Positions 10,197 to 20,624 of a DNA stretch of 64,000 nucleotides are shown here, piece by piece (the stretch's first letter is position 1; the number at the start of each line of letters is the position of its first letter). The position numbers and the translations under genes were made by a program. Location: positions 1 to 64,000 of IMG/VR virus record IMGVR_UViG_3300032278_000002, one strand, 5' to 3'. The notes under the pieces are model-generated. The model did not search any database. It was not told where the DNA came from and saw only the letters and a list, made by a program, of their open reading frames with translations. Origin of the DNA: a virus.

Positions 10197-10738
10197 AGGG
10201 TCAAGGATTCAAGAGGCACGTATTTCCACGAGATGCCGTTATGGGCGAATAAAGCAGTCCAGACATAAGCCTGTGTTACGGACGATTCAGTGGCTATGAC
10301 GGAATTTGCCACGGACCCCTCCCGAACATTGAGGGTTGCGGCGGCGGCGGGAAAATCACCCCTGATAGTAACCTGAACCCCCGTGAGTGGAACTTCCGAG
10401 GAGACCGAAGGCAATATCAAGTCCAAAGTGGACGACGCGTCCATGGTGATGTCCACAAAATGAGACACTTGCCCCTGAGGGACCTCGACAGCCTGTGATT
10501 GGCCGGAGGCTCCGGCGGTGAGTTTGGTGGCTCCGCTAAGGGCGGGAACGTTCTGCAAAAGAGCCCAGTCCACGTAAACTGCGGTCGTGGAAATACTCAA
10601 GTCGTTGATTAACTCCAGCAACGAACACTGGACCGACTTCCCGTCTTGTACGATGAGGATAGTCTCGGTCTTGTCCAGCGGGCGAAGTTTGGACTGAAGC
10701 TCGGACAGTTGAATGTCTGACGTGTACCTGAAACTCAT
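10193..10738 (-). CDS. Putative virion structural protein
   Basis: Operon position, beta-rich; LSEL N-terminal motif resembles 59826..60170. Confidence 0.55.
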   Translation of the reverse strand: MSFRYTSDIQLSELQSKLRPLDKTETILIVQDGKSVQCSLLELINDLSISTTAVYVDWALLQNVPALSGATKLTAGASGQSQAVEVPQGQVSHFVDITMDASSTLDLILPSVSSEVPLTGVQVTIRGDFPAAAATLNVREGSVANSVIATESSVTQAYVWTALFAHNGISWKYVPLESLTL

Positions 10739-11760
10739 AGCCGTACCGGTTGATCGGGTTCGAAATTGATTTCAGTGTCCGAAAGCGCCTTGCCGATGAA
10801 CTGGGATATCCCCGTGGAAGGGCTAATGGTCGTGACGAGCCCGGGGGTCTCGGAAAGATAATACCGGGTTCCGGCGACGTATCCCTCTCCCGGCAGAACG
10901 CCCTCCAAGAAAACGGCGGCCGACGCGCCCGAAGCTACGGCGGTTTTCACGTAGCCGTCGGCGGAATACCCGGCGATGGCTTGTGCTTTCAAGGCCCCCG
11001 CGGGCGTGAAAGTAACCAAATCGTTGGCGGAAAGGTTCTCAGCGGCGGTGGCGGTCTCGGCGTTAGTGCTCATCGTGGTCGAATTGTATTTTATTATTTG
11101 AGTGTCGTCCATACATTCCGGCGTGTATTCCGCACGGTCAAGGTGATAGATGGACCTATCCTTAGCGTAATCAAGCATGTAGCTGCTGTAAAGTTGCAAG
11201 TCCTTGTCTATTTCACGGGACACGTGAGCCTTCACGTAGTTAGCAACTAGTTTGGCGCAGCGGTCATCGAATGGAACAAGGTCCGGTTCCTCGAAATCCG
11301 AGACTTCCGAGATGTACCTCAGCATTACCTTTTCACTGGAAGTAACCCCATCGGTCGTGGTGATTGACACCAAGGGCGGGCGGACCTCGAACGAGCAGCT
11401 TCTGAAGGATGCGTTCGGGAAGTCGTCTATCCGCGTGGTGGGAAGTTTTTGCTGGTACTCGTCGTAGGTAATGCGCGCCCGGGACTCCACCCCAGTGGTT
11501 CGTATGACGTGTACGGAAGTTATGTTGGTCGCGGGGGACGCGAATTCCACGGAACTCTCGTCCGTGGTGTGCGTGAAATCGTCGTATTCGTACGTGTGGG
11601 AAAAGTGGGGCTTGAGGGACGGAATGAAAGACTGGAGGTCCAGTACTCCGGCTTTTATGACTTGATCAATGTACTTCTGAGTAAAGGACCCCTTGCGAAC
11701 GCCGTCTACGGTCAGTAGGACACGGACCTTGTCTGTAAACTTCTTCCAAGGAATGAACAT
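10735..11760 (-). CDS. Putative head-tail adaptor with C-terminal capsid-cement-like domain
   Basis: Position after capsid genes; C-terminal ENLSANDLV...GTRYYLS...IGKALS resembles DUF2190-type decoration domains. Confidence 0.5.
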   Translation of the reverse strand: MFIPWKKFTDKVRVLLTVDGVRKGSFTQKYIDQVIKAGVLDLQSFIPSLKPHFSHTYEYDDFTHTTDESSVEFASPATNITSVHVIRTTGVESRARITYDEYQQKLPTTRIDDFPNASFRSCSFEVRPPLVSITTTDGVTSSEKVMLRYISEVSDFEEPDLVPFDDRCAKLVANYVKAHVSREIDKDLQLYSSYMLDYAKDRSIYHLDRAEYTPECMDDTQIIKYNSTTMSTNAETATAAENLSANDLVTFTPAGALKAQAIAGYSADGYVKTAVASGASAAVFLEGVLPGEGYVAGTRYYLSETPGLVTTISPSTGISQFIGKALSDTEINFEPDQPVRL

Positions 11761-11761
11761 T

Positions 11762-12148
11762 TCATTTCTTCTTCCTAGGCTGCTTCTTCTTGGGTTTGGG
11801 CTTCTCGTCGAGTGGATCGACTATTTCAGCTTCACCTTCCAGCAATACCTCTTCTACTTTCTCAGGCTTTGGATCTTCCGCAGGAGCCGCATCCGGTGGC
11901 GCGGGCGGGCTTACCTCGGATTCTTGCGAGGATGTCCCTTTGTTTTTTTTTAGGTCCTCGTACTCCTCTAAAGTAAGTTCTCGGAGAACTCGAGGCGTCT
12001 TCAAGAATTCCTTCGGGTCTACCTTAGCCTCGTTGAGCGCCAGTACCCCGATCCAAATGCCGGACGTCATTACTATAGGTTCCGCCAAGTACGACTTGGG
12101 ACCGAACCTAATTGGATTTACAGCATTCTTGATCTCAAAGTACTTCAC
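11762..12148 (-). CDS. Hypothetical protein with Pro/Glu linker and basic tail
   Basis: Operon position; starts at GTG overlapping the upstream stop. Confidence 0.7.
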   Translation of the reverse strand: MKYFEIKNAVNPIRFGPKSYLAEPIVMTSGIWIGVLALNEAKVDPKEFLKTPRVLRELTLEEYEDLKKNKGTSSQESEVSPPAPPDAAPAEDPKPEKVEEVLLEGEAEIVDPLDEKPKPKKKQPRKKK

Positions 12149-12711
12149 CGCTCCCTAGCTACAAGTGCGATCGCCTTCAGCCCGCCCTTTTCGATATCTG
12201 AGCCGGTTGTATTAGACAACTCAACCCCGGGGAGCACTGCGCAGCGGTCATAATAGTTGGCAGCTTGTCCGGTGGCTGCGAAACTGAACGTCTCGATGCT
12301 CTCATCTGAGCCGGTGATCTCAACATCGTCGTACCCTTTTGGTCCGTGTGGTGAAGCCTCTCCAGACAGGGGAGTGGACTCGTTGAGGGTGGCACCCGCG
12401 GCCTTGAACAACCTCAGGGTTTGGCCCTTGAAGTCATCCGCGGCGGCGATGATGCCGTCCGCGACTACTGCAGTAGTAGTTGTGCTGGTGCAATCGTTAA
12501 CCTCGGTACCGGCCAGCGCCTTTACGTCGCCGAACGAATTAGTACCCATATTAACGACGCCTTCGATATTCCCGCCGTCCGAAGTGAAGTCGTAGCCTTG
12601 ATTGACATTCACTACTTCTTTGCCGGTGTTCGCGTCAACCGTGCCTGCGTTAGTGACCACGACCAAATCAATGGCCTGTCCGTTAGATCCTCTTCCTAGT
12701 ACTGATTCCAT
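12145..12711 (-). CDS. Putative capsid decoration/structural protein
   Basis: Directly downstream of the capsid gene, G/T/A-rich. Confidence 0.55.
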   Translation of the reverse strand: MESVLGRGSNGQAIDLVVVTNAGTVDANTGKEVVNVNQGYDFTSDGGNIEGVVNMGTNSFGDVKALAGTEVNDCTSTTTTAVVADGIIAAADDFKGQTLRLFKAAGATLNESTPLSGEASPHGPKGYDDVEITGSDESIETFSFAATGQAANYYDRCAVLPGVELSNTTGSDIEKGGLKAIALVARER

Positions 12712-12736
12712 GGTAATATCCCTATGTTAATTAGAG

Positions 12737-14554
12737 TTAAGCTATTGTTGCACCGGCATCTTCGTGGTAGCCGAGCTTGTCGGTCACGCCTTCGAAGCCG
12801 ATGTTGGTGCCGGCGGTAAGCGTACCAAGACTGAAGTTTTGGATCAGCAGGTGACGATCGGGACGATCGAGGAACGTGGTCCACTTGGTGGAGCGGAGGT
12901 TGTGTTCCGTGGAGTTGGACGAGATGCGGCACTTGTAGAGGCGGTCCGTCTCGGGATCCGGGCTCTTGCGGGTGACGCTGCTCGTTCCGCCGACTCCGAC
13001 TTGAATGTCGGACCAATCCAGCGCCCAGAGGCAGCGCGCACGGGTCTTGAAGTCCTGATCGTCGGCCGCGCCGGTGAGGTTTGTTCCACCCACTGCGCCC
13101 TGATCGGGGCCTGCGTTGTCGGCGTACTTGTAGGCGAAGATTTGATCGTCGAAGAACTGATCCCGGAAAACGGCCAACTGGCAGCTGGCGTCGGGAATGT
13201 CGTACAGATCGTACTCGAAGCTCACCAAGTTGTTGTAGGTAAGTTTCTGGTTGAGCTTCGCGAAACGGTCGGTGCTCCAGCCGTAACGAGTCTTGAAGTA
13301 CTTGGTGAAGAGCTCGAACAGGTAGTTCGCGGTCTCACGGTCCGTCATGACGTCGATGACTTGGATGCTGTCGCCGTCCGCCTCGCGGTGGCGCTTCAGC
13401 TCGTAGAGGTCCTCGAAGAACGTGATGAAGTCGATAACTCCTCCGTCCATGTCCTTCACGCGGCCCTTCTCGTTGAGCATCGTGTAAATGCCGAGCGCGT
13501 TGGCCTTGTACTCCAGCGTGCAGGTGGGATCTTCGGGATCGCTCACCGTGGGCAGGGAGGTGTAGGTTTCCGGAGTTTGAGCGGAGCTGAGATAATCGTT
13601 GAAGAACACGCTGTTCAACCAAGCTCTCTCGGAGAGTTGGGCGGCGCGCTTGTTCTGCTCAGCTATGCTCAGGAAGTTGAAGGTCTGGTCCCAAGGATTG
13701 ATCTTGCCGTCCAGAATCTTCTGCAAGGTTTCGCGATATACTTGAGAAGTCACGCGCGACTCGCGGGTAGTCTGGAACCAATTGACGAGGAGGCCGAGGT
13801 TTTGGTCGGCTGGCTGGTTTTCGCACCATGCCTCGTAATCGGAGATGTTGTTGGCTGCCAATACACCGATGCCGTAGACGGGAATGAACCCGGGGGCGGA
13901 TTTGCCCAGCGGGAACAAGGTGACCGTGGCTTGTCGGAGGGTGCTGGTGTCGGAATTGACGGACCGGACGATCTGATAATGGATGGTGGCTCCTGTTTGA
14001 GCGGCGCCGACATTGGAATCCCACGTGTGCACGATGAGCGTGGAGCCTGAAAGGAAGTAGCGTTCCAGTTCGCGAGGTCCGCCGGCCTTGTCTCCGGAAG
14101 CGTTCTCGTGGCTCTTCCACGGGCTGTCGCCGAGGTCGAAGGTAATGTCAATGGCGTCGGTCGGGATGGATACCCCGTCGACCACGCTTCCCGCGTCACT
14201 GCAAGTTGTGCCGGCGTTGATTCGCCAGTAATTGGCATTGAGGCGCCTGCGTTGCCTGCGCTGTATATAAGGAAGAATTACGCTTTGCTCGTCGAATCGC
14301 ACTTTGTTCAAGGAGCCCTTCAAGTTCTTTATGGAAGACTTGAGGAGAATCGAGAGATTCGACTCCTTGACGCCGAGGATCTTGGCTTCGGCCGAACTGG
14401 CGATTACTTGCGCGAGATTAGTCTCAGTGCCGGCAAGTGCCTTGAAGTTCTCCGGTGTTAGTCCGGTGATACTAGCGTTAGTGAGCGTGCAGCCCCGCTG
14501 AGGGGTGACGGATACGAGTTGCGGTAGATAACCAGTAGGAGGTGTAGTAGCCAT
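12737..14554 (-). CDS. Major capsid protein (probable)
   Basis: Follows portal and scaffold; strong third-position bias consistent with high expression; own upstream AT-rich promoter region. Confidence 0.75.
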   Translation of the reverse strand: MATTPPTGYLPQLVSVTPQRGCTLTNASITGLTPENFKALAGTETNLAQVIASSAEAKILGVKESNLSILLKSSIKNLKGSLNKVRFDEQSVILPYIQRRQRRRLNANYWRINAGTTCSDAGSVVDGVSIPTDAIDITFDLGDSPWKSHENASGDKAGGPRELERYFLSGSTLIVHTWDSNVGAAQTGATIHYQIVRSVNSDTSTLRQATVTLFPLGKSAPGFIPVYGIGVLAANNISDYEAWCENQPADQNLGLLVNWFQTTRESRVTSQVYRETLQKILDGKINPWDQTFNFLSIAEQNKRAAQLSERAWLNSVFFNDYLSSAQTPETYTSLPTVSDPEDPTCTLEYKANALGIYTMLNEKGRVKDMDGGVIDFITFFEDLYELKRHREADGDSIQVIDVMTDRETANYLFELFTKYFKTRYGWSTDRFAKLNQKLTYNNLVSFEYDLYDIPDASCQLAVFRDQFFDDQIFAYKYADNAGPDQGAVGGTNLTGAADDQDFKTRARCLWALDWSDIQVGVGGTSSVTRKSPDPETDRLYKCRISSNSTEHNLRSTKWTTFLDRPDRHLLIQNFSLGTLTAGTNIGFEGVTDKLGYHEDAGATIA

Positions 14555-14590
14555 AGTATGTTTGGATTAAAAGTTAACTTTCACATAACC

Positions 14591-14599
14591 AGAATAGCA
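14591..14599 (-). promoter_or_regulatory. Extended -10 element (TGcTATTCT) upstream of the capsid gene
   Basis: Reverse complement of agaatagca, about 37 bp before the ATG in an AT-rich gap. Confidence 0.4.
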
Positions 14600-14692
14600 C
14601 ACACGTTGAAAAAAAGGAGCTTTTTCGAATTTTTCTTGAAATTAGCTAAAAGTTGAGGAAACTGCTCCTGTTTTTTGATTTTAAAAAAGCCC

Positions 14693-16078
14693 CTACAGCC
14701 CCAAGACCCCTAAGACCGGGTGAGCTGTCGAAGGCTCTTCCGTCATGGAAGTCGTTGCTCCCGTGGACTTTGTGGGACGTGCTTTAGGTGCTTCAGGCTC
14801 TTCAGCAACTGGTTGATGTTGTTTGGCGGCCGGAGGCGGTTTTCCCGTTTTATAAGACTCCAAGCTGCCTCGGACCTGCTCGAGCTGTCCGTTAACTTGA
14901 TCTTTTACATAAAATTTCACCATATCCAAGACCTCATTGTCGGAAAAAGTCCAGTATTCCTTCCGCTTTTCGGCAGAAAGCTTATGGAAATCAGAGCGGG
15001 GGACGAATTTCTTCTTGTCCCGGAACCGATCTTTCCCGCCCTGCTTGGCAAAAGCACGACCCTGCGTATCCACGAACTCCGAAACTTCCGCGTGCGCGGG
15101 GTTGTTCTTATCATACGAAACCAGCCCGTTGCTCAGAGCCAAGAAGGTTGACCCGAAATGATGAGCCAGTTGAAGCGCCTCCTCTATGACGGGAACCTCG
15201 AACTGACGAGAAGCCCTCACAGCCTCTAATCCATCCTTTTGCACCGCTTCCTTTATGTCGTCCGGTATAGTGACTTCCGTTAATTCGTTATAAAATTTGG
15301 CAACTCGTTGCTGAACCATGGGAGCTGTCTGGGCCGCCCGGGCTCGGGCTTCGGCTTGAGCTACCCGCTCGTCGGTCTTTGAAAGTATTTCATGGCGGTC
15401 CATCGCGCGCTCGGCCTTACGCTTCTGCAACTCGGAGAACTTGGGACGATTCTTTGATATGAACTCGGCATACTCCATGTTATCCATACTTGCCTCGAAC
15501 ATGGAATCGTCCTGAGTCGCCTTCTCCATGAAGGCCGCTTTTTTCCGGTGGAACTCAACCATCCTGTCAGGCAAGTCCTTGAGTTTCTCGTCGTTGGCTC
15601 CCGCCCACAACGTCAGCTCGTATTCATCCTTCTCCTCGTCGGTAAGGTCCATTCCGGCCACCGCGCTGACTGGTTGGTACGACTCGGCTTGCGCGGTGGC
15701 AGGGGTGAACTCCTTCTCGATATCATCAAAATAGTCCTGAGACTCGGAATCTAGGTCCTCTTTCTTCGGGGCCTCCTCCGCCGGTTCCGGCTTGGGTTCG
15801 GGTTTCGCAGCCTCTGTTTCAGGAGTTTCCTCCTCCGAGTCAGCCAAATCGACCAAAGCATCCTCAAGGGACATGGCGACGGAACTTACGGGAGTGTCTC
15901 CCGGATGAGAGTCCTCCACCACCGGAACTTCCGTGGGCTCCTGTTCCGGGGGGACTTCCCCCAAGTCCTGAGAATACAGGGAGTCGAGTATTTGGTTACC
16001 CTGACCCGCTTCGTAGTCCTCAGCTTCGTGAGCGTTCTCGTTGGTTTCCTCTACTACTTCTTTAGTATCTTCGTCCAT
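14693..16078 (-). CDS. Capsid scaffolding protein (probable)
   Basis: Very acidic low-complexity N-terminus plus coiled coil, between portal and capsid. Confidence 0.7.
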   Translation of the reverse strand: MDEDTKEVVEETNENAHEAEDYEAGQGNQILDSLYSQDLGEVPPEQEPTEVPVVEDSHPGDTPVSSVAMSLEDALVDLADSEEETPETEAAKPEPKPEPAEEAPKKEDLDSESQDYFDDIEKEFTPATAQAESYQPVSAVAGMDLTDEEKDEYELTLWAGANDEKLKDLPDRMVEFHRKKAAFMEKATQDDSMFEASMDNMEYAEFISKNRPKFSELQKRKAERAMDRHEILSKTDERVAQAEARARAAQTAPMVQQRVAKFYNELTEVTIPDDIKEAVQKDGLEAVRASRQFEVPVIEEALQLAHHFGSTFLALSNGLVSYDKNNPAHAEVSEFVDTQGRAFAKQGGKDRFRDKKKFVPRSDFHKLSAEKRKEYWTFSDNEVLDMVKFYVKDQVNGQLEQVRGSLESYKTGKPPPAAKQHQPVAEEPEAPKARPTKSTGATTSMTEEPSTAHPVLGVLGL

Positions 16079-18450
16079 TATACCTGCTGTGGTTGTTGTT
16101 GTTGCGCCATGGCTAGTTGGGCTTCCTGAGCTTGGGCAGCTTCCTCTTGAGAGTTAGCCACCGTTGCCGGAGGTGCCGCTTGAGCGACCGTGCCTTGCCC
16201 GGCCTCTTGTTGTGGTAAAATACCAAGCTGCTGCAAATCGCTTATCAATTGCTGCATGAACTTCTCCATTTCGTCCAAACGCTGCATGTTCTGCTGAACT
16301 TGTTGCTCGGCCTGATCCGGAAGAGCCTCGTCCTCGCCGTCCTCGATTTCCAAATTCAAGTCGAATCCCGTGCCGGAATTGCGGAAGATCTCGTTGATCA
16401 TGGAGAACACGCGGTTCTTGCCGATGGCCTGCACCAGTTCTGGAGAGCCAAGCAGCTGGCCCAACAATTGAGTCAGCGTCTGAGCTATCATCGGATTGGA
16501 CTGCCTTTCGGCGCCGTCCCGAGTAGTGAAAATGTAATCATGCTTCAATTTATCGAGATCTCCCAAAACGGTGTATTGAGCTGGAAGGTCTTCCCCCGTG
16601 GCATCTTCGGGAGCATCAAGCTCGAACCCGGCGTCCTCTATGGTTTTTCTGGTGTACCTCTTCAGCACGGGCACCTCGAGATCCTCGGTTCCGTGGGACA
16701 ATAGGGATTCGTACAGCAGCTTCTTCAGGCCGGCTCTTTGTTCGTCGATGCCGTCCGAAATATACGCGTACATGGTGTTGGTGGTGTTAGCCAACTCCTG
16801 AACCTCAGTGGCGGTGGACTCGGACTTGAGAGGCTGCCCCAACTCGGTGGGAGACATTATGAGCAACCTCTCGACTATCTGCAACAAACTGACGATAGAT
16901 CGGAACCCCTCGTTCACCTTCTCGGCCATACTGACTTGGATGATCTCGACCACCTTGTTGGTGTCTATCCCCAGATCCGCCGCCTTTCGGGCCGAATACA
17001 GCAGAGCCTTGGGTTCTTCGTAGTAGTTGCGCCCGCGCAAGGACTCCTTGACGTATTCCCGCATGTCCTCGGAAAGAACATCCTGATTGATCATCCAGAT
17101 TTGAGTGAGCCCGGCCTTCATGTTCAACAAGATCTGAGACAGTATGTTGCTCATCTGATCTTGATAAGGCATGAGCTCATGGGCCATGGAAGTATTCACC
17201 AAGCGGGAATCATTCTGGTTTATGCCCCCGTAAACTGCGGGAATGCTCGGAAGGAACTCTCCATATACCACAGTGGCGTCGCTAGCCACGACCAGCCTCA
17301 TCCAAATGTCCCCCTGATAATCCCCAAACCCGTCCCGCTTGGGATTAACTCGACGATAGTACTGGGTGAGAAACACCGAATCATCCTCTTGATCCTTGGT
17401 ATAAGTTCCCGTGGAAGTTCCTACGTTGGCCACTCGGTCGTTCAATAACGGGAAAGCGTCGGCATCCGCGGAAGTCTGGGCCGTCACCGACGGGAAGTTG
17501 ATGTTAATATGGGAATAGTAATAACTGAACAAAGCCCGGTACAAGTTGAAGGTATCTATCAAGCTGGACGAATACTTTATGGCCTCTCGGTTCCAATAGG
17601 CGTTGTCGTTCTTGATGTCCCGGAACCGAACAACGTCCCAATATCCTATCCAGTCGGGGCCGGTGTCCGTGTTCAATTGGGCCATGGGCTTGGCTATATC
17701 ATAAAAAGTCCGCGTGGGATGTGGGCTTACGAACTCTACCCCTTCTCTGAGCACCCGGTTCTTTATATTGACATCCCCATCGTCAAACGCCGAGGCTCGT
17801 TTGTCGTCGTAAAACTCCACTTTTCTATCCCACGCGGAAGACGAAAAAACCAAGCTGTAACCATATAGGAACATGTCCCGGATGGCTTGGTTGAAAAAGT
17901 GTCGATAACCGTACTGGTCCGACATGATCTCGATTCGCTGCGACAATACGTCGGCACGGAGCTTGTCCGCTTGGGACGTTCCTCGGGGATCATACCGGAA
18001 ATAGGGCCATAAATTGGAGAAGCGGGAACTCTGCGCCGCGGCGCGACGAGTGATATAAGACTTCAACAAGTTGACGGAAACCTCATATAAGCGGGGGAGG
18101 CTTATGTTGGTGATCTCTCCGGTGCTGTCGTACTCGGTGAAATCCTGACCGCACTGAAGATCCTCCAGTTGACTAGAGCACGCCTTCATGTCGATCTTGC
18201 CTTGCGCGTACAGCATCAAGGGAATCGTCGCTTTGTTAACGGGGTTCGAATCCCAAGCCAAGTCCACGGACTGGTATATCCGTGCGTTCTTGCAAGACCA
18301 ATCCAATCCCTCGTGGATGTGGCGCTGGATCTCGTCCTCCCACTTCTCCCTCAAATCGTGATCAGGATCTTCCACATCCTCGCACGTGAATATTTTTCGA
18401 ATGCGCTCGGAAGTGCACCCGAAATGTTTCAATACCTTCTTAGTGACCAT
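16078..18450 (-). CDS. Portal protein (probable)
   Basis: 790 aa after terminase; STATEVQ motif and Q-rich helical C-terminus typical of podovirus-like portals. Confidence 0.8.
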   Translation of the reverse strand: MVTKKVLKHFGCTSERIRKIFTCEDVEDPDHDLREKWEDEIQRHIHEGLDWSCKNARIYQSVDLAWDSNPVNKATIPLMLYAQGKIDMKACSSQLEDLQCGQDFTEYDSTGEITNISLPRLYEVSVNLLKSYITRRAAAQSSRFSNLWPYFRYDPRGTSQADKLRADVLSQRIEIMSDQYGYRHFFNQAIRDMFLYGYSLVFSSSAWDRKVEFYDDKRASAFDDGDVNIKNRVLREGVEFVSPHPTRTFYDIAKPMAQLNTDTGPDWIGYWDVVRFRDIKNDNAYWNREAIKYSSSLIDTFNLYRALFSYYYSHININFPSVTAQTSADADAFPLLNDRVANVGTSTGTYTKDQEDDSVFLTQYYRRVNPKRDGFGDYQGDIWMRLVVASDATVVYGEFLPSIPAVYGGINQNDSRLVNTSMAHELMPYQDQMSNILSQILLNMKAGLTQIWMINQDVLSEDMREYVKESLRGRNYYEEPKALLYSARKAADLGIDTNKVVEIIQVSMAEKVNEGFRSIVSLLQIVERLLIMSPTELGQPLKSESTATEVQELANTTNTMYAYISDGIDEQRAGLKKLLYESLLSHGTEDLEVPVLKRYTRKTIEDAGFELDAPEDATGEDLPAQYTVLGDLDKLKHDYIFTTRDGAERQSNPMIAQTLTQLLGQLLGSPELVQAIGKNRVFSMINEIFRNSGTGFDLNLEIEDGEDEALPDQAEQQVQQNMQRLDEMEKFMQQLISDLQQLGILPQQEAGQGTVAQAAPPATVANSQEEAAQAQEAQLAMAQQQQPQQV

Positions 18451-18730
18451 TTCTAAACACCATGGGTTCGTCGATGGGATCCGGTACCGTGTCCGACACC
18501 GCGTAGTTTTCTATCAGAGTGAACAAGATACAAACGGGGCCGGGGAACCTACCCTCTTCCCGATACTCCTCGAAATTAGTGTGATCGCACATAATCATAC
18601 TAGCTAATTCTCTCCACGTGACATCGATCAATGAACATAAGCGATCCACTCGTCGGGTATCCCACGCCTCACGTACGCCGGACTCCTTGTAATGAATATC
18701 GATCAACAGCGAGTTGTCAGCTCTTACCAC
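18440..18730 (-). CDS. Hypothetical protein, possible HTH
   Basis: LIDVTWRELASMI segment; overlaps neighbours. Confidence 0.6.
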   Translation of the reverse strand: MVRADNSLLIDIHYKESGVREAWDTRRVDRLCSLIDVTWRELASMIMCDHTNFEEYREEGRFPGPVCILFTLIENYAVSDTVPDPIDEPMVFRNGH

Positions 18731-18950
18731 GCATTACCTCCAGAGCGGGGACCTTGGCGGGCTCCTTGTTCAAACTACCTGAATCAGTAACCTTGCCGTC
18801 GACTGACTCGATGTGGGCAGTCAGCGACTCGTCGGTGATCTCGCCGACCTCGACCTTCAGTTTTAAAATCATCTTGTCGCCCGGCTCCTTGCCAGAGAAC
18901 AAGTCGCGGACTTCACTGTCCTCGAGGCTCAAGTGTATAGAGTTATCCAT
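18717..18950 (-). CDS. Hypothetical protein
   Basis: Coupled between terminase and portal genes. Confidence 0.65.
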   Translation of the reverse strand: MDNSIHLSLEDSEVRDLFSGKEPGDKMILKLKVEVGEITDESLTAHIESVDGKVTDSGSLNKEPAKVPALEVMRGKS

Positions 18951-20514
18951 CGGATCCTATTGTGATTAGTTCATCTTCGTAGTCTGCATGTGAAACAATT
19001 TCACCCGCAGTCGTCATTTCATAGCACGCTATCGCGTAAGTCAAGGCGTCAAAGGTGTGTACGTGCTGAGACCGTCGGGGCTTGAACGGAAGCCGGGGGT
19101 CATACTTGTCAACCTTGGGTTTTTCCGACTCCAAGAACATAAGCATTTTTCGCACTTTCGTGCAATGCGCGGATATCAAAATAGATTCCTGAAGAAGCTT
19201 GGCTTGCAGCATTCGCACGCGGGCCTCGACCGAACCGGGGAACTTGGGGGCCGGGCGAAACATAATCTTGAACGACGGCTCCTCAAACGACTCGGAAACG
19301 CGCTCGGAAATCCTTTCAACGTCCAAATGGTCGTAAGTTCCACTGGCGGCGCGAAATTGATTGAACGCCGAATTGTCGGAACAATGGTCCCAAGCGAACA
19401 CGGTGTCCATCCGCTCGTTCCAGAAATTCATGCGCCGGACGACGTTGGGAACTAGTTGCTCATAAGAGATTTTGCGCTGGTGGTATACCATCTCGTCGAA
19501 AATCACCCATACCATCTTATCTTTCAGAGGTATGTTTTGCATGAACACGATGGCATTGCACACCTGACCGAGGTCATACCCCACGATGACTGGATAAGCG
19601 GGGTTCGGGAGTAGCCGTTTCTGCAAGCCGTCTCCCCGCATGTGAAGTTGCTCGAAAAAGAAATCTTTGAATATAGCGTCGCCCGACGGTCTATCCACCC
19701 ATTTGCCCTCCACCAGCCGCTGATAGTCAATGGGGTCATTGGAAACCGCATCCATCACCCGGTCATAATAATCCGAAGGTATGTTTTGCATGTTCTCGGA
19801 TATGGGGACGTGGAACACGTCAAAATCCGGTCTCTCCCCCTCCTTGTTCAACCCCCGTTCGAAAAACAACTCGTAGCACCAGTGCGAGGGCCCCTCCGGA
19901 TTGCAAGACGCGCAATATTGCTGAGGAACCTGCGCGCCCTTCTTCCGGCCCACTTGCTGCACCATGGCGTCATAATAGGAAGGCCCTTCCATGGAAGTTA
20001 TTTCATCGACGTATATCATGGAAGGCTCGATCCCCTTTACGCGCGGGGCCACCTGCTCCTCGTGGGGGAGGGACATGAGGAATATCTTGCTCCATCCTCC
20101 GTGCCGATTCTCGATGAAAACATACCGGCACCTCATCTCATCCATCTTTTCCTCGGATGTCTTAAGACCCAAGCCCCGCTCCCACTGCGGTAAAACGTCA
20201 TATATCAAGTTGGTCCAAACCCCTCCGTTAGTGGCCATGGACCTGACTTTCACCACAATCATCACCAAGGCGTTGAAGCCTTCGTAGCAATGGCGGATTA
20301 TCTTGTGCAGAAACCCAACGGACTTCCCGGAGGCACGCTCCCCATATGCGAACACGTTCTTCTTGTTGGAATCAAATATCTCCCACTGAGTCGGGTTTAG
20401 AGAGGGCGTCCACGAATCTGTCGAGCCCGGCGTCGTCGACCCCTCCTCCTCCTGATGGAGGAGGTCGTTTAGCTCTTCGACCACGTCGTCGGTTAACTTT
20501 AGTTTTTTTGCCAT
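18943..20514 (-). CDS. terL: Terminase large subunit
   Basis: Walker A GERASGKS, Walker B IYVDEI, SCNP, nuclease-domain VGYDLG and HTFDALTY. Confidence 0.93.
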   Translation of the reverse strand: MAKKLKLTDDVVEELNDLLHQEEEGSTTPGSTDSWTPSLNPTQWEIFDSNKKNVFAYGERASGKSVGFLHKIIRHCYEGFNALVMIVVKVRSMATNGGVWTNLIYDVLPQWERGLGLKTSEEKMDEMRCRYVFIENRHGGWSKIFLMSLPHEEQVAPRVKGIEPSMIYVDEITSMEGPSYYDAMVQQVGRKKGAQVPQQYCASCNPEGPSHWCYELFFERGLNKEGERPDFDVFHVPISENMQNIPSDYYDRVMDAVSNDPIDYQRLVEGKWVDRPSGDAIFKDFFFEQLHMRGDGLQKRLLPNPAYPVIVGYDLGQVCNAIVFMQNIPLKDKMVWVIFDEMVYHQRKISYEQLVPNVVRRMNFWNERMDTVFAWDHCSDNSAFNQFRAASGTYDHLDVERISERVSESFEEPSFKIMFRPAPKFPGSVEARVRMLQAKLLQESILISAHCTKVRKMLMFLESEKPKVDKYDPRLPFKPRRSQHVHTFDALTYAIACYEMTTAGEIVSHADYEDELITIGSDG

Positions 20515-20624
20515 ACTGAATCAAGTCATGCTCCGGGGGGTCCAGCCCCCGGCGGTGCCAAAAACTAAGGTACTTCTCATTAAGGTACTTCTTGAAGCGG
20601 TTTGACGTAACGGGGGCATACGCG

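Noticed and set aside
12764-14050. 428-aa plus-strand ORF, and similar long antisense ORFs (5112..5918, 16738..17448, 26724..27764, 42747..43523)
   Set aside because: Shadow frames of strongly codon-biased real genes; no motifs or independent expression signals
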